Source: an uncultured virus (IMG/VR IMGVR_UViG_3300025769_000084) (Duplodnaviria > Heunggongvirae > Uroviricota > Caudoviricetes). Taken from it: a DNA stretch of 64,000 nt. Shown in pieces: positions 55,586-64,000 of the stretch. The notes beneath the pieces are model-generated. The model saw nothing but the letters and a program-made list of their open reading frames with translations, made no database searches and had not been told where the DNA came from. The stretch's first letter is position 1. Each line of letters starts with the position of its first letter. Location: IMG/VR virus record IMGVR_UViG_3300025769_000084. One strand, 5' to 3'. A program made the translations under genes and the position numbers.

Positions 55586-55648
55586 TTACATCGTTTCACT
55601 CATTCTAAATTGTTGCATACTTTAGAATGACTTTATAGGACAAGTGTT

Positions 55649-55891
55649 ATGTCGCCAGAGGTGATTACTGCTGTGATTACGGGAGGTATTGGTGCTTTCA
55701 CCGGGCTTTCACGTGCCCTGAATAATTTTAATAAAAAAATCGAGCACCGTTTCGAGAGAATCCAAGATGAGATCGACGACTTACAGGATAGAGTTACTCG
55801 CGAGTATGTTCTAAAAGAAGATTTTTTACGGGAAATAGAGTCAGTTCACACCAAGCTTGATCGCATACTTGATCACCTGCTCAAAAATTAA
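55649..55891 (+). CDS. TM plus coiled-coil protein, inverted within the structural module
   Basis: TAGAAT and AGGA upstream; YV.KEDF...KLDRI. Confidence 0.7.
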   Translation: MSPEVITAVITGGIGAFTGLSRALNNFNKKIEHRFERIQDEIDDLQDRVTREYVLKEDFLREIESVHTKLDRILDHLLKN

Positions 55892-56301
55892 AGCGTTACC
55901 CACGCAGCTGCAGTCGCGTCATACATTAATAAATTAGAAGCCGTTGTGTCATAGTGCAGCTGTCCATCTACTGGACTCGTAGGTTGTCCTGCGCTACGTG
56001 ACACTACAGCTTTTGCTGTCTGAAACGAAGTACCATCAAAAATTTTTAATACATGTGTGCTTGTGGTGTCAAGCCAAGATTCTCCTTTGCTGTTCGAAGT
56101 AAACCCAACGCCAGAGGCATTAGGAGCTGTCGCTCCCACATGAACTGGTCCTGCCTTTATAAGGCCGCTGCCACTGTCCTTGAAGAAAAGACCAGGCTCG
56201 GCTGTGTTTGTGTTAATTGCAAGCTCTCCATCACCTAAACGTGTTGGAAATGGACGGTCGCGTAAGACTGAGGACCTTCTAGAAAGAATCTGTACAGACA
56301 T
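55888..56301 (-). CDS. virion structural protein
   Basis: L.DGELAIN...PGLFFKD...GESWLD fibre-base motif. Confidence 0.7.
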   Translation of the reverse strand: MSVQILSRRSSVLRDRPFPTRLGDGELAINTNTAEPGLFFKDSGSGLIKAGPVHVGATAPNASGVGFTSNSKGESWLDTTSTHVLKIFDGTSFQTAKAVVSRSAGQPTSPVDGQLHYDTTASNLLMYDATAAAWVTL

Positions 56302-58599
56302 TTACGTATTTATGTAGATCCCGGCATCAATTATTCTATCTTGGTCAGTTAACGGACTGTAAGTGCTGCCCTCAATCTGCACAACAGTTGCGGATACCTC
56401 CGTTGGTACACCACTTACATATTCCCCGCCTTCTACAAATCCCTGCTCAAACTCATCTGTATATTCACTCAAAGGTTGGTCGATAAGTCCGAACTTTGCA
56501 TTTTCAATTACTTGGGGCTGTAGGTTGAAAAGTTTATTTACTAACTGTGTGAACCTACTTGTGGTGTTAAACACCGTACCAGCTCTATCAAGAAGGCCCT
56601 GTGCATTCCTTTTTATGTCATCCGTCAACAACATCGACGCGGCAGAGGGCCTGAAGTCAGCAACATCTTCGGGATTGTTTCTCTGACCGACGACATTTTG
56701 CGTACCAGCCCAGCCAAAGAATTGCCTGTCAAGAACATACTTTTCAGCAGCCTCTTTTAATTTAATTACTTCTTTCTCAAAATTCTTATAGAAAGTTTCA
56801 AGACCTTTGCCCACGGGTTGATCACTCGGCTCGAGGAGCCAAGTGCCTACGTATTCATGAGGCTGCAAGTTAGAAACATCACAGTAACCAGAAGCTGTAT
56901 CACTGAAAGGATACACAATCACGAATGTGTTGGAAGTTGTCACTGAAGAAACAACATAATCGCCACTCAAAGCAGAGCCGCTGGTGAATGTAATTTTCAC
57001 ACGCTGGTTTTGCTCAAGTCCATGATCCACCGCACTGATCGTTATGTTTGGACCCGACTGCGTATAAGAAGCAGACAGGGCGATCGGTTGTCCACCCTCA
57101 TCATGTATGAGTGCCCACATTGATGCATAAATGTGCTTGCACCACCGAGGTTGATAGTACATCAAATTCTGGGATGAGAACTCTGCTTTGTCCTCATACT
57201 CAGGAATCTGATAAAAATTATTGACAGTCGTATAGCCAAAGTCCTCAAAAACACCAGGATTATCCCTTGTGTCACTAAGACTATTATCCTTACTCAAAGT
57301 CTGACCAGGACGTAAGTTCTCAACAGGTGTTACAGGAAACTTCTTCTTTGTTCTATCTTCGAATAGATTGTAACCTCTTCTCTTTGTATAGTCTTGACAA
57401 CTGCATTGCCATCTCAATTCTGTAGTAAGAAAACGGCCTACCTTAAAACCGCGATGTGCTGGGACAACAGTTGCAGTGCTCCCAGACACGGTCTTTGCAC
57501 CGTAGCTGTCCTTTCGTTGAAAAATAATTTCTTTCGTGGTCGCGTCCGAACCTGTAACGGTGAAGCCAACATAATCGGTGTAATCGAACCCTCGAATTAG
57601 TCTATTTACCTTTGCGTTTCCTGTTGTTGTACCACTTGTTATCGTTAAAAATGTAAAGGTCGTAGAGCCTGTAACAGTAATCGAATATCTACCAGATGCC
57701 ACGACACCTGTAGAGACGTCAAGAAAAATTTTGTTCCCCGTCGCAAGGCCGTGCGCTGAGCTGGTCGTGACAGTAACTGTTGAAAATGATCTTGAGTACG
57801 TAGCACTTATACCAGGATCACGTTCAATCACTCTGTCTGTAATACGTTCATCTTTCAGCAAGCCAACCTGCTCAGGTAACTCACGTAGTTTTACTCGTGT
57901 GGTGGTCCACCTTGGGTCTGTAAATGCTGCAGACAAATAGTAAGTTACGTTGCCACTTGTGGTGGCAGACGTTGCTGCTGTCAACGTAAATGTATTTTGG
58001 GTCCTATCAGTGATCGTTAACGTTGCATCGGTCGCTCCACCTGTCGTGAAGTCCAAATAAATCTGATCACCAATAAAATAATTATGATCTGATTTAGTTA
58101 CGGTTATCGTTGTGCCCGCTTGGCTATATGTGGCACTGACTGCATCAGATAAATAACGAACTTCTTCGATTGGAATCCCAATATCGTAAAAAGAAAACGC
58201 ATTTGTGTCGCGCATTCCCACTAATTGTTCGCCTATCTCGTTACTTGCTGATGGATATGTAAATAAACGTGCCGGGACAAAGATTCCAGGAAATTGTTGA
58301 AAGGAAAAATAAAGTCGGTAGTCTCCACGCGACTTTCGCTCTCTAAACGAAGAGCCTAATGTACTTTGCGTGATGGAATACAGCTCATAACCTCTTCTCC
58401 AACGCGACCAGAGCGAATCTTGATTGTAAAACCTGACTTCACTACTCTCTTCGGGGTTTCTAGTGATGTCGAAGGGATTAGGAGCCGCTGCACGACGGTT
58501 TGGCCCCTGAAAAGACGTTAATTTAGTGAAATTTTTGTCTTGATTGCGGTCAAAAGGCCCTGATGACGAGCTTTTGAACTTGTTGAGTCCAAAAGGCAT
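56302..58599 (-). CDS. large protein with three beta-barrel repeats and a split SWIM zinc finger
   Basis: SATY..S..T.TV...H.L..G repeats; CSCQD ... WCKHIYA. Confidence 0.75.
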   Translation of the reverse strand: MPFGLNKFKSSSSGPFDRNQDKNFTKLTSFQGPNRRAAAPNPFDITRNPEESSEVRFYNQDSLWSRWRRGYELYSITQSTLGSSFRERKSRGDYRLYFSFQQFPGIFVPARLFTYPSASNEIGEQLVGMRDTNAFSFYDIGIPIEEVRYLSDAVSATYSQAGTTITVTKSDHNYFIGDQIYLDFTTGGATDATLTITDRTQNTFTLTAATSATTSGNVTYYLSAAFTDPRWTTTRVKLRELPEQVGLLKDERITDRVIERDPGISATYSRSFSTVTVTTSSAHGLATGNKIFLDVSTGVVASGRYSITVTGSTTFTFLTITSGTTTGNAKVNRLIRGFDYTDYVGFTVTGSDATTKEIIFQRKDSYGAKTVSGSTATVVPAHRGFKVGRFLTTELRWQCSCQDYTKRRGYNLFEDRTKKKFPVTPVENLRPGQTLSKDNSLSDTRDNPGVFEDFGYTTVNNFYQIPEYEDKAEFSSQNLMYYQPRWCKHIYASMWALIHDEGGQPIALSASYTQSGPNITISAVDHGLEQNQRVKITFTSGSALSGDYVVSSVTTSNTFVIVYPFSDTASGYCDVSNLQPHEYVGTWLLEPSDQPVGKGLETFYKNFEKEVIKLKEAAEKYVLDRQFFGWAGTQNVVGQRNNPEDVADFRPSAASMLLTDDIKRNAQGLLDRAGTVFNTTSRFTQLVNKLFNLQPQVIENAKFGLIDQPLSEYTDEFEQGFVEGGEYVSGVPTEVSATVVQIEGSTYSPLTDQDRIIDAGIYINT

Positions 58600-58608
58600 G
58601 GTTTTTGA

Positions 58609-59397
58609 TTAATAGAAGCCGCCCTGAACACCTACATAGAAGCCGCTTGTAAGTGCAGTGGAGCCACTGACAGCAGCATAAAGCGCTTGCCCACGCTTAA
58701 GCATAAGGCCGCGACTTTTGAGAGCCTTGTTGCTGTTTGCACTGCCCATGTTTGAACCGGCTTGCACAACAGGATGATTGATAAAAGGCAGATCCTCTTT
58801 GTCGGTAAGGCTGTAAACGACTTCAGAACCAACAGCCTCGACGCTTGAAACAAAAAGTGGGAAAAACTGGTTGGTATTACTTACAGTTCCGACGTTCACC
58901 AAATAGAAACAGATGTCAATGGGCAACCGCACGCTCACGTTACCAGTGATTGTGCCGCTGAGGCTTGGGATGTCTGCAGTGAACGTTGTCGGAGTTACTG
59001 TTGCGATCGTCAACTCAGCATCGATCGGAACGGTACCTGAACTATAAGAAGTGAAATCACACCATACTTTCTGACCAACACGTGCATTGTGGCCACCTGA
59101 GATGGTCACAGTAACAGTAGTACTATTCGCTGAATAGGTACCAGTGGTTACTGCCTGTGCGTCGATAAACTCAAGACAACGCTTGGTGTAGCGTAGCCAA
59201 ATCTCATCAATATATGCACCTGAAATAGACGTATCAGTGGCGCCGGAGTCAACATCAAAGATCTTGGTCGCGTTACCGACGGCAGTCGGAACAAGGCTAG
59301 TGCTGAATGCCTGACCAGAAGCAACCGTCAATAAAGTGGACGTCGTTGCCGGACGATCGACCATCAACGGCTGTTTATTAGAACTACTGCTTGACAC
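58609..59397 (-). CDS. virion structural protein with one beta-barrel repeat
   Basis: NKQPLMVDRP N-terminus, QGGFY end. Confidence 0.7.
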   Translation of the reverse strand: MSSSSSNKQPLMVDRPATTSTLLTVASGQAFSTSLVPTAVGNATKIFDVDSGATDTSISGAYIDEIWLRYTKRCLEFIDAQAVTTGTYSANSTTVTVTISGGHNARVGQKVWCDFTSYSSGTVPIDAELTIATVTPTTFTADIPSLSGTITGNVSVRLPIDICFYLVNVGTVSNTNQFFPLFVSSVEAVGSEVVYSLTDKEDLPFINHPVVQAGSNMGSANSNKALKSRGLMLKRGQALYAAVSGSTALTSGFYVGVQGGFY

Positions 59398-59441
59398 TTC
59401 TTCTCAGCGGGTTTCTTTAAATGTATTATAGCGGTATCAGA

Positions 59442-59606
59442 TCAATCTCCCTTTTTGTCCTTTTTCTCCATGCGTGATCTTGCTTTCTTCAAAGCATCCT
59501 TACGCTTCTCTTTGTCAGTCATTTTTTCTTCACCCTTACCTTCTTTATCTTCCTTCTTTTTTTTGAAGTGAGCAAGGAGCTCAGGTGGCATTTTGTGTTT
59601 TGACAT
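59442..59606 (-). CDS. small Lys-rich protein (not in ORF track)
   Basis: 54 aa MSKHKMPPELLAHFKKK... Confidence 0.6.
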   Translation of the reverse strand: MSKHKMPPELLAHFKKKKEDKEGKGEEKMTDKEKRKDALKKARSRMEKKDKKGD

Positions 59607-59616
59607 AATTAAAATC

Positions 59617-59826
59617 TCACTGACCGCTTGCTTTTGTTAGATATTTTGAACGCGGTTGTTTTGTGATGGCGCCAGTGCCGTAACCTCCGCTTTTTTGTTG
59701 GTCGAGACCTGAGACAGGTTCTTCATTGAAGACACTGCCTGCCATACGCTCCAGTGAGCCGGGAGCGTCCCCCATGGCTTCATGTGGCATTGGCAGCCCG
59801 CCCATTTCTTCTCTTGCTTGTCCCAT
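59617..59826 (-). CDS. small low-complexity protein
   Basis: 69 aa; TAATG coupling. Confidence 0.55.
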   Translation of the reverse strand: MGQAREEMGGLPMPHEAMGDAPGSLERMAGSVFNEEPVSGLDQQKSGGYGTGAITKQPRSKYLTKASGQ

Positions 59827-60062
59827 TACCTTGTTATGAGATTTAGGTTCGGAGGATCGACACGTAAGCCTTGGCGAAGTATTGATCCTGTTGCGTAAGG
59901 AACAGGTTGTTCACCTGGCTCTAATAAGTTTAGCGGCAACACATCTCCTGCCATTCTTGGTCGCTGTACTGTTCCAAACATGCTCGGACCTTGCGGTTCC
60001 GATGGCGTGTCATCTCGACGCAATCCAAGCGTGTAACCTGCTCTAGTTGTGGGTTTTACCAT
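59826..60062 (-). CDS. small hypothetical protein
   Basis: 78 aa in a coupled operon. Confidence 0.55.
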   Translation of the reverse strand: MVKPTTRAGYTLGLRRDDTPSEPQGPSMFGTVQRPRMAGDVLPLNLLEPGEQPVPYATGSILRQGLRVDPPNLNLITR

Positions 60063-60340
60063 GTTGCCTGAACCGGTTTTTTGTTAACAACCACACCAGG
60101 TATTGAGTCAGCATACGAGCGGGTAACCTCTCTCATGTATGCAGGATTATTGAGCTGATAGCGCGGATCGTTCTCGCCTGTATATGAAACGACTAAATCA
60201 CATGGCGTGTGTTTTTCTGAGCGTTTCATGTTGAACGGATCACTGAACCCTGCTGTCAGAAGCTGATAATCGTTGTACATATTCCTGTAGGTAACAGGAA
60301 ACGATTGGCTATATCCAGGTATCGCCGCAAATCGCATCAT
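60056..60340 (-). CDS. hypothetical protein
   Basis: 94 aa in a coupled operon. Confidence 0.6.
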   Translation of the reverse strand: MMRFAAIPGYSQSFPVTYRNMYNDYQLLTAGFSDPFNMKRSEKHTPCDLVVSYTGENDPRYQLNNPAYMREVTRSYADSIPGVVVNKKPVQATW

Positions 60341-60924
60341 TCCATTAACTTAGGAGCCTTGAAAGCACTTTGCAGTAATCCCAACACATCCATAGATTTA
60401 GGAGCAGCTGGTGGTGCAAGAGCACGGGTAGCTCCTAAACCACCACCGATATAGCTTTTTAAAAACTCCGCATTATTTTTTACGGTTGGTTTATCAGTAG
60501 GTTTGACATCCACCGGAGGAGGTGCAGTCGGCTGTGGCAGAGAAGAGGTAGCTCCTGCCGCTTTCTGAGCCTCTGGCAAATATTGTTTATAAATTGGTTT
60601 TTCGCCCCGAGCGACGGACCAAGCCCCTAGTCCCTGCGAATCGAAAATTGCTTTTGCTGCGCGTACATTTGTCCTTGGGTCATACAATTCCTCATTTGCT
60701 TTTAGACCAAATTGCCGGCGCCGCTCTTCGCCCATTTTACCAAGCATGTTGATCTGAAAAAGCCCGAGAGAATAGTCTCCTGTGCTTGCGTCGGGATTTA
60801 AAGCACGCGGGTTCAAACCAGATTCGGCTTGACTGATCGCGATAAAAGTAGGAATTAAATCCTCTTCAAACCCCTCCTGTCTAAGAAGCCCGGCAAGCTG
60901 AGCTCGAGTTATCTGTTTAGCCAT
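60337..60924 (-). CDS. lytic transglycosylase (SLT-like), probably virion-associated
   Basis: AESG.NP.A...GLFQINM...L.DP..N...A...GAWS; start re-assigned to MAKQIT. Confidence 0.85.
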   Translation of the reverse strand: MAKQITRAQLAGLLRQEGFEEDLIPTFIAISQAESGLNPRALNPDASTGDYSLGLFQINMLGKMGEERRRQFGLKANEELYDPRTNVRAAKAIFDSQGLGAWSVARGEKPIYKQYLPEAQKAAGATSSLPQPTAPPPVDVKPTDKPTVKNNAEFLKSYIGGGLGATRALAPPAAPKSMDVLGLLQSAFKAPKLME

Positions 60925-60925
60925 A

Positions 60926-61405
60926 TTATCGGTGGTTGGTTTCGAGAAGGAGGCGGGTGCCGACAGCAACATCAGCAGGACCAGGAAGAGCCTGGATAAA
61001 TTCCGCACCTTCCCTGTTGAACCTGTAACGAGCTTGCTCAGGATTTCTATAATTAGGTACATATAAGTGCAACGCCAAACGATCAGTCTCGTACATATAA
61101 ATCTGCGTCCACGTTTTCAATGTCTCCTTGAAATCCGTGGTTGCAATAGTACGATCAACGTCACCGGCGATTGACTCAACACGTCCCCGTGGAACGGTTG
61201 AGTTATTCATAGTGCCGGTCATATCGGTGCGCTTTTCAGCCTCGTCGCACCGCTCAACCTGTTCGACAATCTTGGAGTACCAAAACGAATCTGGTACGTT
61301 ATCTAATGCCTCTTCTAATCGTGCCAAATCGCCAGCAGGAATCGACGTAGTGTTGTACCCCAAATGCCAGCGTACTTTTGACTTTAAGAAAGTATCAAGC
61401 TTCAT
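60926..61405 (-). CDS. virion structural protein (possible head-tail connector)
   Basis: position downstream of the capsid genes; KVRWHLGY helical protein. Confidence 0.55.
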   Translation of the reverse strand: MKLDTFLKSKVRWHLGYNTTSIPAGDLARLEEALDNVPDSFWYSKIVEQVERCDEAEKRTDMTGTMNNSTVPRGRVESIAGDVDRTIATTDFKETLKTWTQIYMYETDRLALHLYVPNYRNPEQARYRFNREGAEFIQALPGPADVAVGTRLLLETNHR

Positions 61406-61473
61406 TAATGCTCACCTTCGCATTAGCGTGCAAAGACTATATGCACCAATAACAGATTAACACGCGCCAATAA

Positions 61474-61914
61474 TCACTCAACGCGGACAAGATTCTCTTT
61501 GAAAATCTCTTCCCAATCAACACGCTTCACGCCTTTCAATTGCTCAAGACGTGAGAAACGCTCACCAGGCAGGGTGAGTTGCAAGTCCTTAATATCGCGT
61601 GCAGTCTTTAGACCAACTCCCGGAAGGGCGTCTGCAATTTGACGTGCTGAGGCGAGGTTAATATTTACTCTAGTGTCAATAGGAAAGGTTTCTTTCTTCG
61701 AGGGCTTGGCCGGCTTTACACCCTCCGAAGCCAAAGATTCTGTCAGGCGCGTTTCATTGCGCTCTTGCTCCATGGTCGCATCGAGGTGCGGAGTAAGATC
61801 GCTTTCGTCGATGTAAATAACTTCTTCATTTGCATCTAGACACATAAGGATGCCTTCTCCATGCTGAGAGACGACCTCAACTAATCCTCCTGTGATACGG
61901 TTTTGATAGAGCAT
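61474..61914 (-). CDS. helix-hairpin-helix (ComEA-like) DNA-binding protein
   Basis: VNINLAS...LPGVG.KTA..I...F..LEQL. Confidence 0.8.
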   Translation of the reverse strand: MLYQNRITGGLVEVVSQHGEGILMCLDANEEVIYIDESDLTPHLDATMEQERNETRLTESLASEGVKPAKPSKKETFPIDTRVNINLASARQIADALPGVGLKTARDIKDLQLTLPGERFSRLEQLKGVKRVDWEEIFKENLVRVE

Positions 61915-61966
61915 GACTACCTTTAATTACTGATATAGCCTACCAAAGTAAATACTTACAAGCAAT

Positions 61967-61991
61967 AAAAAAGCGGGTCGTAGTGACCCGC
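61967..61991 (-). terminator. intrinsic terminator after the capsid operon
   Basis: GCGGGTC-ACTAC-GACCCGC-T6. Confidence 0.8.
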
Positions 61992-62014
61992 CGTATGAAA
62001 GAGGTAACGAAAAA

Positions 62015-62842
62015 TCAGCTGTCGGTGCCACCCACTTGGGAAGCAAAGTCCAGCATACCAACAATGTCGTTGAAGGTAGCTGCAGCTGCGGGACGCAGGT
62101 AGTTAACACGAGCGATGACGTAAGCAGCTTTGCCAGCATCAGCGTCGGCGTCGGAGATGAACACACCGTCACCGTTAGCAGCACCGGTGTTTGCCACAGC
62201 GTTCATGTTGAAGACCTTGAACGTCAAATCAGACGTGGCCTCAAACATCATTGCATCAGCAAAGTCAGCACCAGTGTAGGTAGAACCTGAGTTGGTGATG
62301 GAGGTCAGGAAAGGAGCATGACCAGCAGAAACGTCACTGGTGCCCTGAGCGATGCCGGAAGCACCGATGGTCAGGCTTGCACCGGCGGCACGAAGGCCGT
62401 TCGTGACAGTAGAAGCAGGCAGGCCAGGAGCGCCGGAGTTGTCGCCACCTAAGCAAAGTACCTCGGTGTTGGTGCCTTGGATGTCAGCGGTCAGCGGAGA
62501 AGCGGGGTAAGAGGGCTCACCAGCGCTAGGGCTGTCTTGACCAATGGCGAGAGAAACGCCATAGATGTAGGCAGGACGTGCAGTACTAGCCTGAACAACC
62601 ATGGAAGTACGATCATCGCGCACGCGATCATCAGGACGACGATCAGGAGAGGGGACGATCAGATCCAGGGTTTTGAAGTCGGCTTTAGTGCCGGACTTAT
62701 TGGTAATTTTGGCATAACCAATAAGCTCGTAAGCCTCGATGCCAGGCCAACCATAAACACCTTCAGTGTTGTAGGAGGACAGGCGGTTAATTTGATTTCC
62801 AGGGTGCAGGATAGCGCCCTTTTCAGCAGTGTAAGATGCCAT
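62015..62842 (-). CDS. abundant virion protein (capsid decoration / minor capsid)
   Basis: GAGGAGG RBS, directly after the major capsid gene, same optimised codon bias. Confidence 0.6.
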   Translation of the reverse strand: MASYTAEKGAILHPGNQINRLSSYNTEGVYGWPGIEAYELIGYAKITNKSGTKADFKTLDLIVPSPDRRPDDRVRDDRTSMVVQASTARPAYIYGVSLAIGQDSPSAGEPSYPASPLTADIQGTNTEVLCLGGDNSGAPGLPASTVTNGLRAAGASLTIGASGIAQGTSDVSAGHAPFLTSITNSGSTYTGADFADAMMFEATSDLTFKVFNMNAVANTGAANGDGVFISDADADAGKAAYVIARVNYLRPAAAATFNDIVGMLDFASQVGGTDS

Positions 62843-62856
62843 TTAGTTATACCTCC

Positions 62857-64000
62857 TCAAGGATCGACGATAGTGAAGGCAGTAGTCACGAAGTCCTTAT
62901 TCAGGTTCGCGAAACCTGCGTACAGCTGCCAAATGAGGATGATGAAGCGGCTGAAGTCGTCGTTGTTGTTGATGAGAACTTGAGCGTTCGGGCCACCAAT
63001 ACCAACACCAACTGCCTGAGGACCGAAGAACAGTCCGGGGGGAGTTGAACGATCAGTCACAGCGCCAGAACCGTCGCCGTAGTTGACAGTTGCGGTCTTG
63101 CTGGGCATGTTGGTGGTCTCGAAGAAGCGAACACCTTCAAACACAAAGCCGGAAGGCATCACAGGTTCGCCAGCCACGAATTGAGCTTGGCCGTACTGAC
63201 CGCCTTGGTACACAGCGGCGTTGGGGGAAGCCATACCCATCAGAGGGTTGGGTGCGCCCATACCGGGGTAACGAGCAACCTCGCGGAAGCCTTGATCAGC
63301 ACGCAGATCCTTCATGAAGGAGGGATCAGCAATACAGCGATAGTAGCCGTCCTGGAACACAGGAACGTTACGCTTACGCAGGCTCTTGACAACCTCGAGA
63401 AGGTCGGTCTTAACGTTGAACTTATAGCGCTCAGCAGCGAATTCAGCAGCGGTATAGGTATCAACGGTGACACCAGTTTTGCTCTTACCGTTGGGGTAGT
63501 AGTAACCACCTTGGGTATCGCTTGACTGACCACGGGACTCAGACTTGAAGAGTTCGTCCAGGAACACCCGATCGCGCCAACGACGATAGTCGTCGAGCAG
63601 AGTCAGCGAACCGATGGACTGGTGGAACATGTTGAGGTTCCCGGTGTCCAGCAGAAGACGCTGAGCGGTCATCAGGGTCTCGCGAGCAATCTTGAAGGTG
63701 CTCGGGAGGTTGGTGTTGTTCGGATCGGCAGGGCCGGTGTACTCACGCAGAGACACAAGCACCTTGTCCTTCACGATAGAACGGCTGTTGGCAGTTCCGA
63801 TCGTCTGGTCTTGGGTACGCTCGCGGCTGGTCTTGGTGCCGGGGTTACCGAAGAAGCGGTAACGATCCAGCTGCACGGTTTGACCAGGCTGCTTGGTGAA
63901 GTCGTGGACTACGACGGGCTCGCAAGCCATCTCCACGACATAAGCCGGGTGGGGGCGGTACAGTTCCGCACCCAACAGCTTGGGAAAGTCGTTATCGATG
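62857..64000 (-). CDS. major capsid protein (N4-gp56-like), 5' end outside the window
   Basis: frame open to the window end (...IDNDFPKLLGAEL); G.TVQ.DRY, V.L.EY, G..FEGVRFFE, DDFSR....W patterns; optimised codons. Confidence 0.78.
   Translation of the reverse strand, partial: IDNDFPKLLGAELYRPHPAYVVEMACEPVVVHDFTKQPGQTVQLDRYRFFGNPGTKTSRERTQDQTIGTANSRSIVKDKVLVSLREYTGPADPNNTNLPSTFKIARETLMTAQRLLLDTGNLNMFHQSIGSLTLLDDYRRWRDRVFLDELFKSESRGQSSDTQGGYYYPNGKSKTGVTVDTYTAAEFAAERYKFNVKTDLLEVVKSLRKRNVPVFQDGYYRCIADPSFMKDLRADQGFREVARYPGMGAPNPLMGMASPNAAVYQGGQYGQAQFVAGEPVMPSGFVFEGVRFFETTNMPSKTATVNYGDGSGAVTDRSTPPGLFFGPQAVGVGIGGPNAQVLINNNDDFSRFIILIWQLYAGFANLNKDFVTTAFTIVDP

Noticed and set aside
61474..61914. PsbU photosystem gene
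   Set aside because: HhH similarity only; no signal peptide, and it lies in the capsid region; no psbA or hli seen in the window
1..64000. Stop-codon recoding, inteins or introns
   Set aside because: Known genes are full length in the standard code; PolA and the primase-helicase show no large insertions

Overview
A 64-kb piece of a tailed dsDNA phage genome, almost certainly infecting picocyanobacteria (Synechococcus/Cyanobium-like). Host clues are NblA-like, DUF4278-like and small beta-barrel genes, NtcA-type boxes and an intronless tRNA-Leu(UAA). Layout: (i) 1-8 kb, + strand early genes (AlpA-like, ArdC, AT-hook, SH3-like pair, thyX, NrdR-like Zn ribbon) with two structured non-coding RNA candidates; (ii) 8-17 kb, mixed-strand accessory and exported-protein genes; (iii) 17-30 kb, replication module (Tyr762-type PolA, dCMP deaminase, double-OB SSB, Gp157-like, PD-(D/E)XK exonuclease, primase-SF3 helicase) with an inverted orphan tail-fibre gene; (iv) 30-45 kb, a ~100-bp palindrome, a tandem degenerate HNH protein, degenerate Dam-, lysozyme- and C39-like genes, a 2OG-Fe(II) oxygenase, an HNH nuclease, the tRNA and a cluster of exported proteins; (v) 45-64 kb, - strand virion module (many fibres, a SWIM-finger protein, a transglycosylase, and the major capsid gene cut by the window end). 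No RNA polymerase, integrase, terminase, portal, reverse transcriptase or CRISPR array is visible. Most notable observations: a short FLxx[FY] motif shared by seven scattered, otherwise unrelated proteins; two NtcA-box promoters driving gif-like small genes; two divergent NblA-like genes; several apparent pseudoenzymes; and an exported-protein cluster with a half-TolC-like member. All family assignments come from motif recognition by eye, not database searches.
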